From Methanobacteriota archaeon (GTDB taxonomy: Archaea; Methanobacteriota; Methanobacteria; Methanobacteriales; Methanobacteriaceae), in the NCBI GenBank assembly GCA_963787255.1, contig CAWBCJ010000001.1:19540-83539 (forward strand): 64,000 bases of DNA. Direction: 5' to 3'. Position 1 is the stretch's first letter. Each line of letters begins with the position of its first letter. The translations under genes and the position numbers were made by a program. A model generated the notes under the pieces. That model was not told where the DNA came from. It did no database searches and was given only the letters and a program-made list of their open reading frames with translations. Below, one piece after another: positions 38,782 through 50,989 of this stretch.

Positions 38782-39159
38782 TTAGGTTTCTTTTAATTCT
38801 GGCATCTTCTCAAACTGGTTATTATCAAGAATCCAGATGTAGTCATCCATTTTTTTGCTTAAAACATAATATAATAAATAGATATCCAGATGAACATTTG
38901 CTAAATAGAATTTAGCTTTTTTTACGTCTTTTAGCGCATCATTTATTTCTTTTAGAGCATCTACATGAAATCCATTAATCTGTACATATTCCACGTTTTC
39001 AAATGACGTTTCAGGGATTTTTTCGAAGCTGTGTTGGTATAAAATGACACATTTGCTACAATTACTTTCAATAATAGCTTTTAAGGCTATACTTTCATCA
39101 TGAGCGGTTGTTACGAGGATACAATCATCCATATCTTCAAATGAGCGTTTTAAATCCAT
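38782..39159 (-). CDS. Hypothetical protein downstream of the receiver gene
   Basis: 125-aa ORF with no motif recognised. It occupies the same position as the pseudo-receiver 23498-23932 relative to its receiver paralogue. Confidence 0.4.
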   Translation of the reverse strand: MDLKRSFEDMDDCILVTTAHDESIALKAIIESNCSKCVILYQHSFEKIPETSFENVEYVQINGFHVDALKEINDALKDVKKAKFYLANVHLDIYLLYYVLSKKMDDYIWILDNNQFEKMPELKET

Positions 39160-39206
39160 TTTTATGACACCTTAAAAAATATAATTAATTATCCCAAATA
39201 AATGAT

Positions 39207-39663
39207 TTAAACAGGGATTTTACTGGGTAGTAGGGCAATATTAAACCAGAAATCATTAATACCTTTAATGTACTTGTTGAATTCATCAATATCTAACGGT
39301 TTAATAAATACAGAATTAGCTTGGAGTCTATAAGCATTATTAATAATTTCTGGATCATTGGAAACAGTTACAATAATTACAGGGATGAGTTTTAAGTTTT
39401 TCATCGTTTTTTATTTCTTTTAATACTTCCCAACCATCTTTACGCGGTAAACCTAAATCAAGAAGTATTAAATCTGGACGAGGCACATCTTCATACTTGT
39501 TTTCTTGGTTTAGGAATTGTATGGCTTCAACACCATCATTAACAGTGTATAAATTCTTTTTTAATCTTATTCCTTTCAATGCTTCTTCAACTAACCTAAT
39601 ATCAGAAGGGTTATCTTCTACCATTAGTATATTCTGTTTGATTATGCTTTTGGTTCTATCCAT
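39207..39663 (-). pseudogene. CheY-like receiver (paralogue of 23010-23465), one frame change near 39388
   Basis: ORF 39355-39693 has ...PDLILLDLGLPRKDGWEVLKEIKNDEKLK. ORF 39207-39404 has IPVIIVTVSNDPEIINNAYRLQANSVFIKPLD. Nucleotide alignment with 23270-23300 shows one extra base. Confidence 0.75.
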
Positions 39664-39907
39664 TTTATATATCGCCTTTTTTGGAAAAAACAATTATACA
39701 ATACTACTATTTTTGGATATAATACTATTTAATCATGTTTACTACTAATTAACAAATAATTAATACAAAAAAAAGTGTAATAATAATAGTAAAATAACTT
39801 TTATATAAATCTCTAACATCCGTATTATTTCCTGATTCGGATAAAATAAAAAATAGGAGTTGATTTAAGCACTGAATATTCCATTAACCATTAGATATAA
39901 AACTGTT

Positions 39908-42178
39908 TTATTTCCTCATTGAATCAATCTCAGTAGGTATAGTGAAATAAAAGGTAGAACCAACACCAAAACGAGGATTCAACCCAAGTATGACCACCAT
40001 GACGTTCCACAATTCTTTTAATGATTGATAATCCAATACCTGTTCCTTTATAAACATCCCTTGTATGTAGACGCTGGAATATAGTAAAAATACGTTCAAA
40101 ATATTGCTCTTCTATCCCAATACCATTATCAGATACGCTGAATACATACTCCTTTTCATCTTCAGACTTATAAGCAGATATATCAATTTTAAGCGGTTCT
40201 TCACATTTTCTAAACTTAATAGCATTTGAAATTAGGTTTTGGAACATCTTTTCCAACTGCCCTGCATCTCCCATTACATTGGGAAGCTCATCATATGTAA
40301 TTTCAGCATCAGACTCCCTAATTAAAGTATGTAAACTTTTAATGATTTTATTTAATACCTCATTAGTATTCACAAGCCCAAATTCTCCACTCTTTGTCCC
40401 AACACGTGAATAATCAAGTAAATCCTGAATTTGCTGTTTCATACGAATAGATGCCTCTACAATATAACCCATAAACTCATCAGCATCACTATCCAAACGG
40501 CCTTTATAACGCATTTCCAAAAGTTGCGTGAAACTGGCAATAGTACGTAAAGGCTCTTGCAAATCATGACTAGAAACATAAGCAAACTGCCGTAATTCCT
40601 TATTTGAACGTTTTAAATCTTCTATAAGCTTCTTTTAATTGTTCTTCTGTTTCTTTACGTTCTGTAATATCACGATCTAAAATAATTATAGACTCAATTT
40701 CACCATTAGCATTAAATTCAGGTATTGCAGTAGTTTCTACGAATCTTAAGCCATTAATGGTGGAAAATTCAAATTCATAGTGTTGTATTTCACCAGTTTC
40801 AATTGCTTTTAGATTATGTTCCCTCCATATTGTAGCATATTCCTCTGGAATGCCTGCCTCCTCATAGGTCTTACCAATATAATATTCAGGTGATTGTCCA
40901 GTCATTTCAGTTATAACCGAATTAACATAAACATATCTTAAATTTTTATCCAACCGGATAATGAAATCAGGAGAATTCTCCGCAAGCGTTCTAAAACTTT
41001 CTCTACTTCTATGAATTCCCTCTTCAGCTTCTTTACGTTCTGTAACATCATTCAATATTAACACAACAGAAACAGAACCATCAATATTGATTATAGGAGT
41101 AGCTAATGCCTCATATGTCTTATCTAATCTAGAGGAATATTGTTCCCATTCAATTGTATCTCCTTGAAATGCTTGCTGAATTTTGCATTTCTGGCAGATT
41201 TCAGACCTACCATAAAAGTACTTATAACATTTATATCCTTTTAAGACCCCAAAATCCCTTTCCATCGCAGGATTAATGAATTCTACCTCATAATCATTAT
41301 TTACCACATATATTCTATTTTTTGTTTTGTTTAGAATATTATTTAATTTATTTTTTTCTATTTGAAGCTCTGCTGTACGTTTTTCAACCAGTTCTTCAAG
41401 ATTATCGCGTGCACGCCTTAATTGTTCTTCTATTTGCTTGCGTTTAGTAATATCAGTGAACATGGCAAAAGAACCTGCAAATTCGCCCTCAGCATCTTTT
41501 TTAGGAGTAGCAGACACTAAAGCCCAACAAACACTCCCATCCTTGTGTTTTAATCGGAGCTCATAATCTCCATAAATGCCTTCTCGTCTCTGCATAACAC
41601 GTTCTACATGTCCATTTAGATCTTCCTCAAAGAGAAAATCAGACATCGGCAGGCCAACCATTTCTTCAACACTATATCCCAGCATGGCCGCCATAGTAGG
41701 ATTAACATGTACAGTTATATAATGCTCATCAAATTCCCATATTCCCTCATTGGCAGTCTCTACGATTCTACGGTACCTTTCTTCGCTTTCAGCTAATTTT
41801 TTATCAAGAGGATGTTTATAAAGCGCAGTTTCTATAGCACCGATTAATCCTTCATGGTTAACAGGTTTAGTAAGAAATCCATAAGGTCTTGTTAATTTAG
41901 CCCTTTCAAAAGTTCTCCCATCAGAAAAAGCAGTTAAATAAATAACAGGAATATTAAAAAGAGTTTGGATATTTATCCGCAGCCTCAACACCGTCTATTT
42001 CTCCCTTAATCACTATATCCATCAGTACCAAGTCAGGTTTTAATTCTTCAGCCTTTTGAATGGCTTCTTCCCCATTGGAAGCAGTTGCAACGACATCAAA
42101 ACCATTGCTTTCTAATGTTCTTTGAATATCCATTGCAGTAATAGCTTCATCCTCAACAACCAATATTTTAATCTGCAT
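39908..42178 (-). pseudogene. Hybrid sensor kinase (receiver + 3 PAS + HisKA + HATPase), three frame changes
   Basis: Receiver: MQIKILVVEDE...DLVLMDIVIKGEIDGVEAADK then IQTLFNIPVIYLTAFSD. PAS modules carry ERK(Q/E)(I/A/T)EE linkers. A frame change near 40625 leads to [29 protein letters not shown]. HATPase has DNGIGI and GTGIGLSI. A frame change near 39974 leads to RFGVGSTFYFTIP. Confidence 0.8.
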
Positions 42179-42232
42179 TCTAAACCCTTCAAAAAGAATA
42201 TGATAGTAGATTGTAACGAACATATTATAATA

Positions 42233-42412
42233 CTTTACTTTTTCAGATGCTCTTGCACTAAAACCATTAAATAAAACAGCACTTAGATTACCGGTGTTAA
42301 AAATGAACATGACAGATGCAAGGGTACGTAAATGCAAGAATGTGTCCATTTTAATTGATAAGAAGATGCGAAGATGCAGAATTGAACACGAGAAATACAT
42401 TATAATGTTAGA
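42233..42412 (+). repeat. Copy B of the dispersed repeat
   Basis: See copy A. It lies 55-235 bp 5' of the kinase start at 42178. It accounts for the non-protein-like first 74 codons of track ORF 41954-42400. Confidence 0.7.
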
Positions 42413-43038
42413 AAAACAATTCCTTATTTAAATGATTTAATTTTTATGATTACCACTTAATTCTTTTTAATCCCTGAAACTTCAAGGGTCGGTTATTTAA
42501 TCATAATTAAACTTATTGCGTAAATTAAAATCCCACATATAACCACACTGAATAAAACAAATATTTTTAACTGTTTATCACTCATCACGATATCATTTAA
42601 CCCCTGGAGCTTCTGTAAGCGCCTTTAAATTCATTATTATGGGTCCTATTAATATATTTTTCAAGTTTAGTCTTTTTTGGAGCTGTTAATTTGAATTTTT
42701 CAGTATGTTTTTTTTATTGAATTTAGGTTAAACAGATTATTTTCCATGAGACCACATTAAAATATGCCCCGATTGATTTAATAATATTTTCAATGGATAA
42801 CCAACATTATTACTATACTCCTATGAAACAGTTCATCAATTAGAAGATAAGCTAATGTAATTAAAATAATATTGGATTTTCATACAAAAAAAATGGACAA
42901 GATGAAGTTAAGAAAAAGTTATAGATATAATACGCTACTAATATTTCCATAATTTATGAAAAAAAATCATTGAAAAATAGTATAAATAACTTTTTTACGA
43001 GCGAGGGAGATAGTGAAAGTAAAACTGAAAAAAGGTTT

Positions 43039-43242
43039 TTATAACCTTTTAACAGCTAATTCAATGTCTGATGCTTTTACAGTTTTTCTTCCGGTGTGTT
43101 TTGCAAGTTTAACGGATTCTGTAGCTATCATTTCGCCTTGTTCTTCTAAAAATTTTGTTAAAGATTCTTTTGCATCTTCACTTACTCTTTTGGCACCTGC
43201 ATTTTTTATTATTCTTCCAACTGGAGCAATTGGTAATTCCAT
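43039..43242 (-). CDS. Archaeal histone (HMf family)
   Basis: [67 protein letters not shown] is colinear with HMfA/B. Confidence 0.9.
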   Translation of the reverse strand: MELPIAPVGRIIKNAGAKRVSEDAKESLTKFLEEQGEMIATESVKLAKHTGRKTVKASDIELAVKRL

Positions 43243-43705
43243 ATTTAATCACCTCATTTTTTTAGTAATACTTATTTTTATTTTAGTAATATAATCTCTA
43301 TAAATAATCCCATATATATTTATCTTTTTTTCCTGTGATTATTTGGAAAATTATATGATTTTTGGTCATTTTAAGTCAATCCATATGATTTTTACAGTGT
43401 CACAAAGAAAATTAAAAGAAAAAAATTACATAAAAAAAAGCTATGATGAAAAACACTCCCTTCAAAAAGAAATGATCAAGTTAAAACTATTAGTAAAACT
43501 CATTTTGAAAAACTCGGTAACATGATCAAAATCACCAATAGAATGAAAGGGACAGCTTTAAAGATCAAGTAAGAAAACCTTGAAACAAATGAGGCTTATT
43601 CATGCTCTAAAAAAATTTTTTGATGGAAAGATGTTAAGTAATATTTAAATTGATCCTGCATGATTATAATTAAATTAGATAATACATATCAGGAGGGTGG
43701 TTAAT

Positions 43706-44422
43706 ATGAAAAAGTATATTATTGCAGTTTTACTGCTTTTTGCAGTGGTAGCAGCATCAGGATGCATAAATCAAGGCGCAACCGGATCAGGAAAAATAGT
43801 AAATGAATCAAGAAGTGTCAGTGGTTTTAACCAAATTGACCTTAGTGGAACTGGGGAAATTATTATTACTCAAGGAAACACGGAATCGGTAACTGTAGAG
43901 GCCGATGATAACCTTATGCAATATATAAAGACTGGAGTAAACAATAACAAACTATCAATTAGCTTTGATAATGGCATGCCCCGGCCAACTAAAGGGGTTA
44001 AATTTTATATAACAGTTAAAGATCTAAACTCTATTAATACATCTGGAAATGGGAAAATTGTCTCTGACAATTTAAGGGTCAATAATTTAGCCATAAATAC
44101 AAATGGTGCAGGTGATGGTAATTTAAATAACTTTAATGCACAAACACTGAAAATCATGATTTCTGGGGCTGGAAAAATGAATGTTGCTGGAACTGTAAAT
44201 GAACAGACCATAACTATTTCAGGGGCCGGAGATTATAATGCCAATAGTCTTTCCAGTAAAACAGCGAGTATATCCATAAATGGTGGCGGTAGGGCTACAA
44301 TTAGAGTTTCAGATGCATTAAATGCAGTTATAAACGGTGGTGGACAAATATCATACATCGGCAGCCCTAAAATAACTCAACAGATAAATGGTGCTGGAAA
44401 TATCAAGCAAGTGCAGGGATGA
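43706..44422 (+). CDS. Lipoprotein with a DUF2807/GIN (head-domain-like beta-helix) domain
   Basis: Signal peptide plus ASGC lipobox. Repeated (S/N)G(A/G/N)G...(V/I) rungs: TSGNGKIV, TNGAGDGNL, ISGAGKMNV, ISGAGDYN, INGGGRATI, INGGGQISY. Confidence 0.65.
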   Translation: MKKYIIAVLLLFAVVAASGCINQGATGSGKIVNESRSVSGFNQIDLSGTGEIIITQGNTESVTVEADDNLMQYIKTGVNNNKLSISFDNGMPRPTKGVKFYITVKDLNSINTSGNGKIVSDNLRVNNLAINTNGAGDGNLNNFNAQTLKIMISGAGKMNVAGTVNEQTITISGAGDYNANSLSSKTASISINGGGRATIRVSDALNAVINGGGQISYIGSPKITQQINGAGNIKQVQG

Positions 44423-44504
44423 AGTTTAAACTAATAAAAATTTCATCTTAATTCTTTTTTTAAAAAAATGAAAATGGTTAGTTTTAAGTTCAAATGTAAT
44501 CCTA

Positions 44505-45377
44505 TTATTGCTTTAAAAGCATTAATATTTTGTTAGATACTATATCTGCTCTTTCCATGCCCATTATCGGATATGATGGTTGAATATTATCTATTAATGT
44601 TATTCTATTTTCTAATAGATATTCTGCAGGTTCATTAAGCCCTTCAAATGATCCTGGCGAGAATTCATCATCGTATGACCGGGGTAAATAAGAACAATTT
44701 GTTAATATTGTGTCTGGAGACACATTAACATAGATTATTCCATTTAAATCCTTTGCATATTCATATAAATATCCTTTATCTGTTTTCCCATTTGTTTGCG
44801 GCCCACTAATACCAACAGTAAGGTCTTTTATAGTTCCAGCGCAATTATAATTAATTACAACAATAGCACTATCCTTTGGAGCATTTTTTATTGCCCTCGG
44901 TACTTGATTGGGATTAGGAGCATAAGGATCCATTATAACATTGATTCCATTGCTTTTTAGATTAGATGCTACCCTTTTTAAAAATTTCATATCTGTATTT
45001 TTATCAATTATATTATCTGAAGTTAAATAGACAGTTTTTGTACCATTTAAATTCCATTTTATTGTTGATGAATCATTTAATTGATTCTTTCTGGGGATGG
45101 TAATGTTGTTTTCTGAAATATTGTCTGGTGCAGCTAGAACTACTTTAGGATAATTATTTTTAATATCGGATTTATTTGTAGTCTTTAAAGATTGGTTCTC
45201 GTTTTTATTGTCAATTATTTTAATTGAATATAGAAAATTATTGTTATCTTCTAAATTAGAATTTAAATTAGGGTTTGTTTCGTTTATTGGTGTGTTTAAG
45301 GCCATGCTTCCCATAATTGTTGTTATTGAAAATATTACAATGGGAAGAAGCAAAAATAAGTGCTTGTCATTCATCAT
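44505..45377 (-). CDS. Hypothetical secreted/anchored protein, Asn-rich N-terminal half
   Basis: 290-aa ORF with an N-terminal hydrophobic helix. No motif recognised. Confidence 0.45.
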   Translation of the reverse strand: MMNDKHLFLLLPIVIFSITTIMGSMALNTPINETNPNLNSNLEDNNNFLYSIKIIDNKNENQSLKTTNKSDIKNNYPKVVLAAPDNISENNITIPRKNQLNDSSTIKWNLNGTKTVYLTSDNIIDKNTDMKFLKRVASNLKSNGINVIMDPYAPNPNQVPRAIKNAPKDSAIVVINYNCAGTIKDLTVGISGPQTNGKTDKGYLYEYAKDLNGIIYVNVSPDTILTNCSYLPRSYDDEFSPGSFEGLNEPAEYLLENRITLIDNIQPSYPIMGMERADIVSNKILMLLKQ

Positions 45378-46026
45378 CTTCTAACATCTTTTATGTCTCC
45401 TATCTAAAACAGGCCTCTAATTTTTTAATATCCGCTGAATTAATCCACCCGATTAATACTCTTTTATATTATTTTATTCAAATGTGTTATATAAATATGT
45501 CTATTTAATCGCGCCCCATTAAGTATATAAAGGAGAATTAAGAACCTAAACTGGAAAACACACCCTAATGCATCGAATTTAAAAAGCAGAAAATAAGCCT
45601 TTTATTCCTATTATTCCAATTGAAACAACTAAATTTAAAATAAAATAAGAGTTAGTACTAATTTCAAATTATACACCAATTTTCTATTACAAAGTAATAA
45701 TAAAACGATTTACAGAATTATTATTTTTATTAAAATTTAAAAATAACTTTCAGTAATTCAAACAAGATAATTTTAAAAAATACCATAAATTATTCTAAAA
45801 TTAATTAAAAGAAATTAAAAATAAAACACTTCAAAATTAAAAATAAAAAAAACAAAGAAAAGAATCCAAAGTCTTCCTCTCACAACTTAATAATACAAAA
45901 AAAATATCATTTATAACTTCACCTTAAATTCCACAAAAAAAATAATATGAAAATAGAGGAACTAATTATAGTAAATACAATTGATTGGTTTACATATATA
46001 TAGTTCATCCAAAATAATGTTTTATT

Positions 46027-46989
46027 TTATAAACCAAATGACTTCATAAGAAGCTCAGTGTTTACATATCCTGCCCGGAACATTTCTCCAGTTCTTAAAT
46101 CGTTAATAACAACTTCAGCAGGTGCAAACATTCCCTTATCAATTTTGTAGAAATCATATTCAGCTTCTTTAAACACATCATAAAACGGCTTACCATACCC
46201 TGCAGAAGCAGAAGATGGTAACTTATTTGCAATTTCTTCTAAATCATCACCCTCTGCTGACTCAATGTAATAATAAGTCCTACCACCAAATAAAACAGCA
46301 TCATTTGTTTTACCCATAGCTTTAAGCCCATCAGGGTCAACAGGCGCTATTGGAGCAATTCCAGCTGCATATTTAACCTTATTAACATCAAAACCTAAAG
46401 CTTCCATCATTTTATAGGTACCATTTTCCACAACCCTTCCCGCAATTTGAATGGAACCAACAATTGATGATGTCGGTGCAACAAGAACAAACACATTCTC
46501 TGATGAAACACCACATTCTTTAGCGATTGAATCAGTTACATCAGCACCAGGAAGTTTATCAGCTTCAAGAGTTAAAATAGCAATATCCGCATCGTCTTCA
46601 TACCCTATCACTTCATAAGTATGGGCCGGTTTTAAAGCTAATGCCCTTGCAGGTCCGGAACCAAGTGCAAAGAAATCCCCAACACTTACAGACCAACCAG
46701 CTTTTTGCGCTCCCAGAGTTGAAATTGCTGGAGAATCAGTTTTAATCTTTACAGAAGGTAATGCGAATTTTTCTGAGAGATCTCCAGGAATTGAGATTCC
46801 AACTTCTGCAAGTCCTCCAAGACATACCTTTGTATAAAGTTCACCTGCTTTTAAGCTTCCGGGAACGTTTACACCAGCATCTATTACTGTTGAACCGTTT
46901 TCAAGCTTCTCAACCATTAAATTTAATCCAGCTGAGTTTTCTATCATTAAGTCTACTGTCTTTTTTGCTTCAAGATTGACACTTACCAT
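46027..46989 (-). CDS. mch: Methenyltetrahydromethanopterin cyclohydrolase
   Basis: 320 aa. MVSVNLEAKKTVDLMIE...GPARALA...LPSSASAGYGKPFYDVFKEAEYDFYKID is colinear with Mch of methanogens, by recall. Confidence 0.88.
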   Translation of the reverse strand: MVSVNLEAKKTVDLMIENSAGLNLMVEKLENGSTVIDAGVNVPGSLKAGELYTKVCLGGLAEVGISIPGDLSEKFALPSVKIKTDSPAISTLGAQKAGWSVSVGDFFALGSGPARALALKPAHTYEVIGYEDDADIAILTLEADKLPGADVTDSIAKECGVSSENVFVLVAPTSSIVGSIQIAGRVVENGTYKMMEALGFDVNKVKYAAGIAPIAPVDPDGLKAMGKTNDAVLFGGRTYYYIESAEGDDLEEIANKLPSSASAGYGKPFYDVFKEAEYDFYKIDKGMFAPAEVVINDLRTGEMFRAGYVNTELLMKSFGL

Positions 46990-47126
46990 TATTAATTCAC
47001 CTCAAAAAATGTGTAATATAACTAATATGAATCCAAAATCATGTTATGCTAATATGATTTTTAGCTTTATTATCATTTAATTAATTTACTATTTTAATTT
47101 CTCATATTTTTTACATATAGATTATT

Positions 47127-47804
47127 TTATAATCCTAAAATCTGCTTAGCATCATCAAAATTAACTTCATAAATATGCGCGCTTATAGAATGAATAGTAA
47201 CAGTTCCCACATCTACATTAAGCTTATCTGCAGCATACTTAGCCAAATGGGTCAATCCCACAGCGTTCGGGAACCAGGCACCGTATATGTCGTGACTGCG
47301 CCATAATGCTGTTGTATGGAGTTTTTCATCCCTTATTTTGAAGTCTACAAGGATCATGCAGGGCACTTCTTCGGTTTTTGTGTCAATTGTTGGATCCCAT
47401 GTTACTGATATCGCTCTTCTGGATTCATAGCAATTTTTTAATCTGTCAATAGCTATTTGAATTTGATCAATGTCCTCGAAATGCTGTCTCAAACGATTAC
47501 CGTAGGTGTAAACAAATCCCTGTTTATCTTTGCTTAAAAATTGCTCAGAATAGACTTCAAGCTTATCACCGCTCCAGAAATATCCTTCAGGCACTCTGAT
47601 TTCCTGTATTTTGGCTATTTTGTTTAAATAAAATCCTTCAGACATTTTATTTCCAAGTGGATTTGTAACTGTAACCAATGTGTTCAATATTTCACGGGTT
47701 AATGAGCCTCTTTCGTCCTTAATTTCCTTGCCTTCTTTCATGATCTTTTTTACGAGTGTTTCCCAGCCGTCTGCTATTTCCTTTACTTCAATTTGAAATG
47801 CCAT
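47127..47804 (-). CDS. thyA: Thymidylate synthase, archaeal ThyA type
   Basis: 225 aa. The active-site region is EEVPCMILVDFKIRDEKLHTTALWRSHDIYGAWFPN. Confidence 0.7.
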   Translation of the reverse strand: MAFQIEVKEIADGWETLVKKIMKEGKEIKDERGSLTREILNTLVTVTNPLGNKMSEGFYLNKIAKIQEIRVPEGYFWSGDKLEVYSEQFLSKDKQGFVYTYGNRLRQHFEDIDQIQIAIDRLKNCYESRRAISVTWDPTIDTKTEEVPCMILVDFKIRDEKLHTTALWRSHDIYGAWFPNAVGLTHLAKYAADKLNVDVGTVTIHSISAHIYEVNFDDAKQILGL

Positions 47805-47854
47805 TTTATATACTCCACCAAATATTCTATAAGTTCTACTTTAATTTTAATTTT

Positions 47855-48811
47855 TTATAAGTTTTTTACTGCCATAGTCATTGACTTCAATTTTGAAAAC
47901 GCCGCATCTCTTGATCGCATCCGCATTCCACAGTCTGGATCTGCAAGCATGTTTTCAGCACCTATTAACTCAATTCCACGCTTTATAAGGTTTTCTATTT
48001 CTTCTTTAGTTTCAATTTTATCTGTTTTTGTATCTAAACATCCGAATCCTATTTTTTTACCGTTTAAATTATGGTTTTCAAGTAAATCCATATTTTTAGG
48101 GATTCCTGCAAATTCACAGTCAATAATGTCCACTTTGAATTTTATAATCTCCTCAAAAATATTTCCTACATCTCCGCAAACATGCATTGCTGTAGGAATA
48201 GATAAATCTCGGGTTATAATTTCCACTGCTTTTTTAGCGTTTTTTACGTCGACCATACCGGTAGATAGGAATGGCTCGTCAATTTGGATGTAAACAGCGC
48301 CTGCTTTCTCCAAGAATTCTGCTTCTTTTTTTAATGCAGCTGCTAAATCGAGTACTGCATCTTCTTTTTTATTGTAGAATCCTTCCATTCTTGATGAAAA
48401 AACAAGAGTTGATGGTCCTGTAATGATTCCTTTAACGCCTTTAACATTTTCTTCAAGTGTTTTTTTAGAATTTCCTTTGTAATCTTTGGAAATGCCCTCT
48501 GCAACTTTAATTGCGTATTTAAGATCATCAGCACTTATGGATTCATAACTGGGCATTATTTTTCCCACAACCTTGGTGGTTTTATCTTCAACAGCCATGC
48601 CTGGAATCGATTTAGCAAAGATTTCAACCATTCCAGCCCTTACCTGTCCATCGGATATGATATCAATTCCTGCTTCTATTTGATCACGCACTGCAAGTGC
48701 TATTGCTGGTTTATATTCATCATAAGTTCCAAAAATGTTGGAAAGTTTTTGAGATAGTGATGATGGTCCTTGGGGTAATGCAGGATAGCTTCCGACTACT
48801 GTTGTTAACAT
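47855..48811 (-). CDS. Cobalamin-independent methionine synthase-like protein (short archaeal MetE type)
   Basis: The N-terminus is MLTTVVGSYP. Also has IQIDEP, HVCGD and DCGM zinc/substrate motifs. Confidence 0.75.
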   Translation of the reverse strand: MLTTVVGSYPALPQGPSSLSQKLSNIFGTYDEYKPAIALAVRDQIEAGIDIISDGQVRAGMVEIFAKSIPGMAVEDKTTKVVGKIMPSYESISADDLKYAIKVAEGISKDYKGNSKKTLEENVKGVKGIITGPSTLVFSSRMEGFYNKKEDAVLDLAAALKKEAEFLEKAGAVYIQIDEPFLSTGMVDVKNAKKAVEIITRDLSIPTAMHVCGDVGNIFEEIIKFKVDIIDCEFAGIPKNMDLLENHNLNGKKIGFGCLDTKTDKIETKEEIENLIKRGIELIGAENMLADPDCGMRMRSRDAAFSKLKSMTMAVKNL

Positions 48812-48906
48812 AATTGACCTCTAAATGATTATATTCACATGTTTTTTTGTTAATTAATTTTCTATTCTAAATTTTAATAAAAAAAAATTTTAATTTTATA
48901 AACCTT

Positions 48907-49506
48907 TTACATTTTGAATTTCCTTTCGTAATTGGAAACCACAGTTTCATCCTTTTCACGCTTTTTGGAGGGTTTTTGGAATTCAATATCTCCTTCAATA
49001 GCTCGATTTAACAAATTTTCGACTTTACTGGGATGGGGAACATCATAGAGCAGCATTGTGGTGAAATCATGTCCACTGTATATTTCTATGTCTCCACTTG
49101 CTATAATTCTCTCAGTTATGCTCTGTGAAACTTTAATATCTTGAATTTTATCAAAATGGATGAAGGATTTATTTTTACGTAGTATACCTTTTTTAGAGAT
49201 TATTCTAGTATTTGTAATGGTATATGATGTATATTTCCATGAAAGTAAATCCCAGATTGTCCAGAGGAACAGAATTAGGATAAGTAGCAGTAAAATAATG
49301 GTTGCTGCTTCAACAAGTGGAATTTGGATGTAGTTAATTATAAAATTTTGAGCTGTAGCGGTTAAAGATATTATTGTTCTAAAAAAGTATATAATTAGAA
49401 GTATTACAATTAATTTGATGAAAGCTGACTTTAAGTACATTAAAAAGCGTGGTTTCGTTTCAAAAACCACTTCATCTCCTGAACGAATTTCTTTGGTATT
49501 TCTCAT
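48907..49506 (-). CDS. Membrane protein with a bacterial PH (bPH_2/YdbT-like) domain
   Basis: Two TM helices are followed by YTITNTRIISKKGILRKNKSFIHFDKIQDIKVSQSITERIIASGDIEI. Confidence 0.65.
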   Translation of the reverse strand: MRNTKEIRSGDEVVFETKPRFLMYLKSAFIKLIVILLIIYFFRTIISLTATAQNFIINYIQIPLVEAATIILLLLILILFLWTIWDLLSWKYTSYTITNTRIISKKGILRKNKSFIHFDKIQDIKVSQSITERIIASGDIEIYSGHDFTTMLLYDVPHPSKVENLLNRAIEGDIEFQKPSKKREKDETVVSNYERKFKM

Positions 49507-49584
49507 TTAAACTTCCTCACAATCTATAATATATTTTAATAATCTAAATATTTTTTGTACATTAAAAAAAAGGATTAGAATGTT

Positions 49585-50310
49585 ATGATTACAGAAAGAA
49601 TAAGGATTGATGAAACCAATATTCTGCTTAAAACGGATTTAATAAATCATGAACTGGGTAGATTTATTTTAAAACAGCGTATGGAACTTATAAATTATAT
49701 ACGTAAAAATAGGGAATTTTTAATATCTTTTGAGCCTGTAGAAGTAGATGAAGCACCGTTTATTGTTAAAATAATGGCAAGGGCAGGTAAAATTGCTGAT
49801 GTAGGTCCCATGGCAGCAGTTGCAGGGACAATATCTGAGCTTTCAATGAAATATTTATTGAATAAGGAAGCAAAATATGCAATAGTAGAAAATGGGGGAG
49901 ATATTGCACTTAAAACCAATAAAGACGTTGTGATGGGTCTTTATGCTGGTATGTCATCACTTTCGGGGCAAATTGGATTTAAAATAAAGCATGAAAAAAC
50001 TCCAATGGGAATATGCACATCTTCTGGAACCGTAGGTCATTCCATAAGTCTTGGAAAGGCAGATTCTGTTACGGTATTTGCTGATGAAGCCAGTATTGCA
50101 GATGCACTTGCAACCAGCATTGCAAATGAGGCTAAAGGTGATACAGAACAAGATGCTGTACAAAATTGTCTTGATAAAGCTGATGATTTTAAATCATATT
50201 TTAGGGGAGTTATGATAGTCGTAGGTGAAGCTGCAGGGACTGTGGGGAAAATTCCAAAGCTTGTAAAAACTGATAAAAAAGTAGTATTGGGCGATTTATT
50301 CGACCTATAA
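49585..50310 (+). CDS. UPF0280 / ApbE-like family protein
   Basis: 241 aa. Contains [12 protein letters not shown] and NGGDIAL motifs. Family call by recall. Confidence 0.55.
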   Translation: MITERIRIDETNILLKTDLINHELGRFILKQRMELINYIRKNREFLISFEPVEVDEAPFIVKIMARAGKIADVGPMAAVAGTISELSMKYLLNKEAKYAIVENGGDIALKTNKDVVMGLYAGMSSLSGQIGFKIKHEKTPMGICTSSGTVGHSISLGKADSVTVFADEASIADALATSIANEAKGDTEQDAVQNCLDKADDFKSYFRGVMIVVGEAAGTVGKIPKLVKTDKKVVLGDLFDL

Positions 50311-50414
50311 TTAATCTCCATCTAATTTGCACCTATCTAAAAAAATGAATAAACTTTTCCGAGTATTTTTTTTTAAAAAGGTTTATATAAATGATTTATT
50401 AAAAATACAATTCT

Positions 50415-50966
50415 ATGGATTTTATTTCAATATTATTTCTGGCAGTTGCTCTTTCAATGGACGCATTCAGCGTTTCTATAACTAGAGGATTGACTTTAAA
50501 ATGTAATATTAAGTATGCATTGATAATTGCCATCTTTTTTGGGGGATTCCAGGCATTAATGCCCGTTTTAGGCTGGTTTTCAGGCATGCAGCTGCAGGGC
50601 CTTATTTCAACTCTGGCTCCATGGATCGCTTTCATTCTTTTAGCTGCAATTGGATTAAAAATGATTTATGAAAGTTTCTCTATAGAAGAAGATGTTTGTA
50701 AAGTTTTTTCTCTAAAAGAGTTGTTAATTCTTTCTATTGCTACTAGTATTGATGCATTTGCGGTTGGTGTAACTTTTGCAATATTAAATACGCCCATAAT
50801 AACTCCAATTATTGTAATTGGTTTGGTAACTTTTATACTCTCATTTATAGGTGTTTATATTGGTAAAAATGTGGGACATCTATTTGAAAATAAAATTGAG
50901 ATATTTGGAGGTTTAATTTTAATAGGAATCGGATTAAAAATACTATTAGAAAACTTATTTATTTAA
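50415..50966 (+). CDS. mntP: Manganese efflux pump MntP
   Basis: Has duplicated DAFAVG/DAFSVS motifs in a 6-TM, 183-aa protein. Confidence 0.85.
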   Translation: MDFISILFLAVALSMDAFSVSITRGLTLKCNIKYALIIAIFFGGFQALMPVLGWFSGMQLQGLISTLAPWIAFILLAAIGLKMIYESFSIEEDVCKVFSLKELLILSIATSIDAFAVGVTFAILNTPIITPIIVIGLVTFILSFIGVYIGKNVGHLFENKIEIFGGLILIGIGLKILLENLFI

Positions 50967-50989
50967 AAAGAAAGAATCTCCCCTTTTTT

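Noticed and set aside
26719-42178. Recoding (selenocysteine/pyrrolysine read-through or programmed frameshifting) as an explanation for the interrupted genes
   Set aside because: Almost all interruptions are frame changes rather than in-frame TGA/TAG. The single in-frame stop is TAA. No slippery heptamer plus structure context recurs. Methanobacteriales are not known to use Sec.
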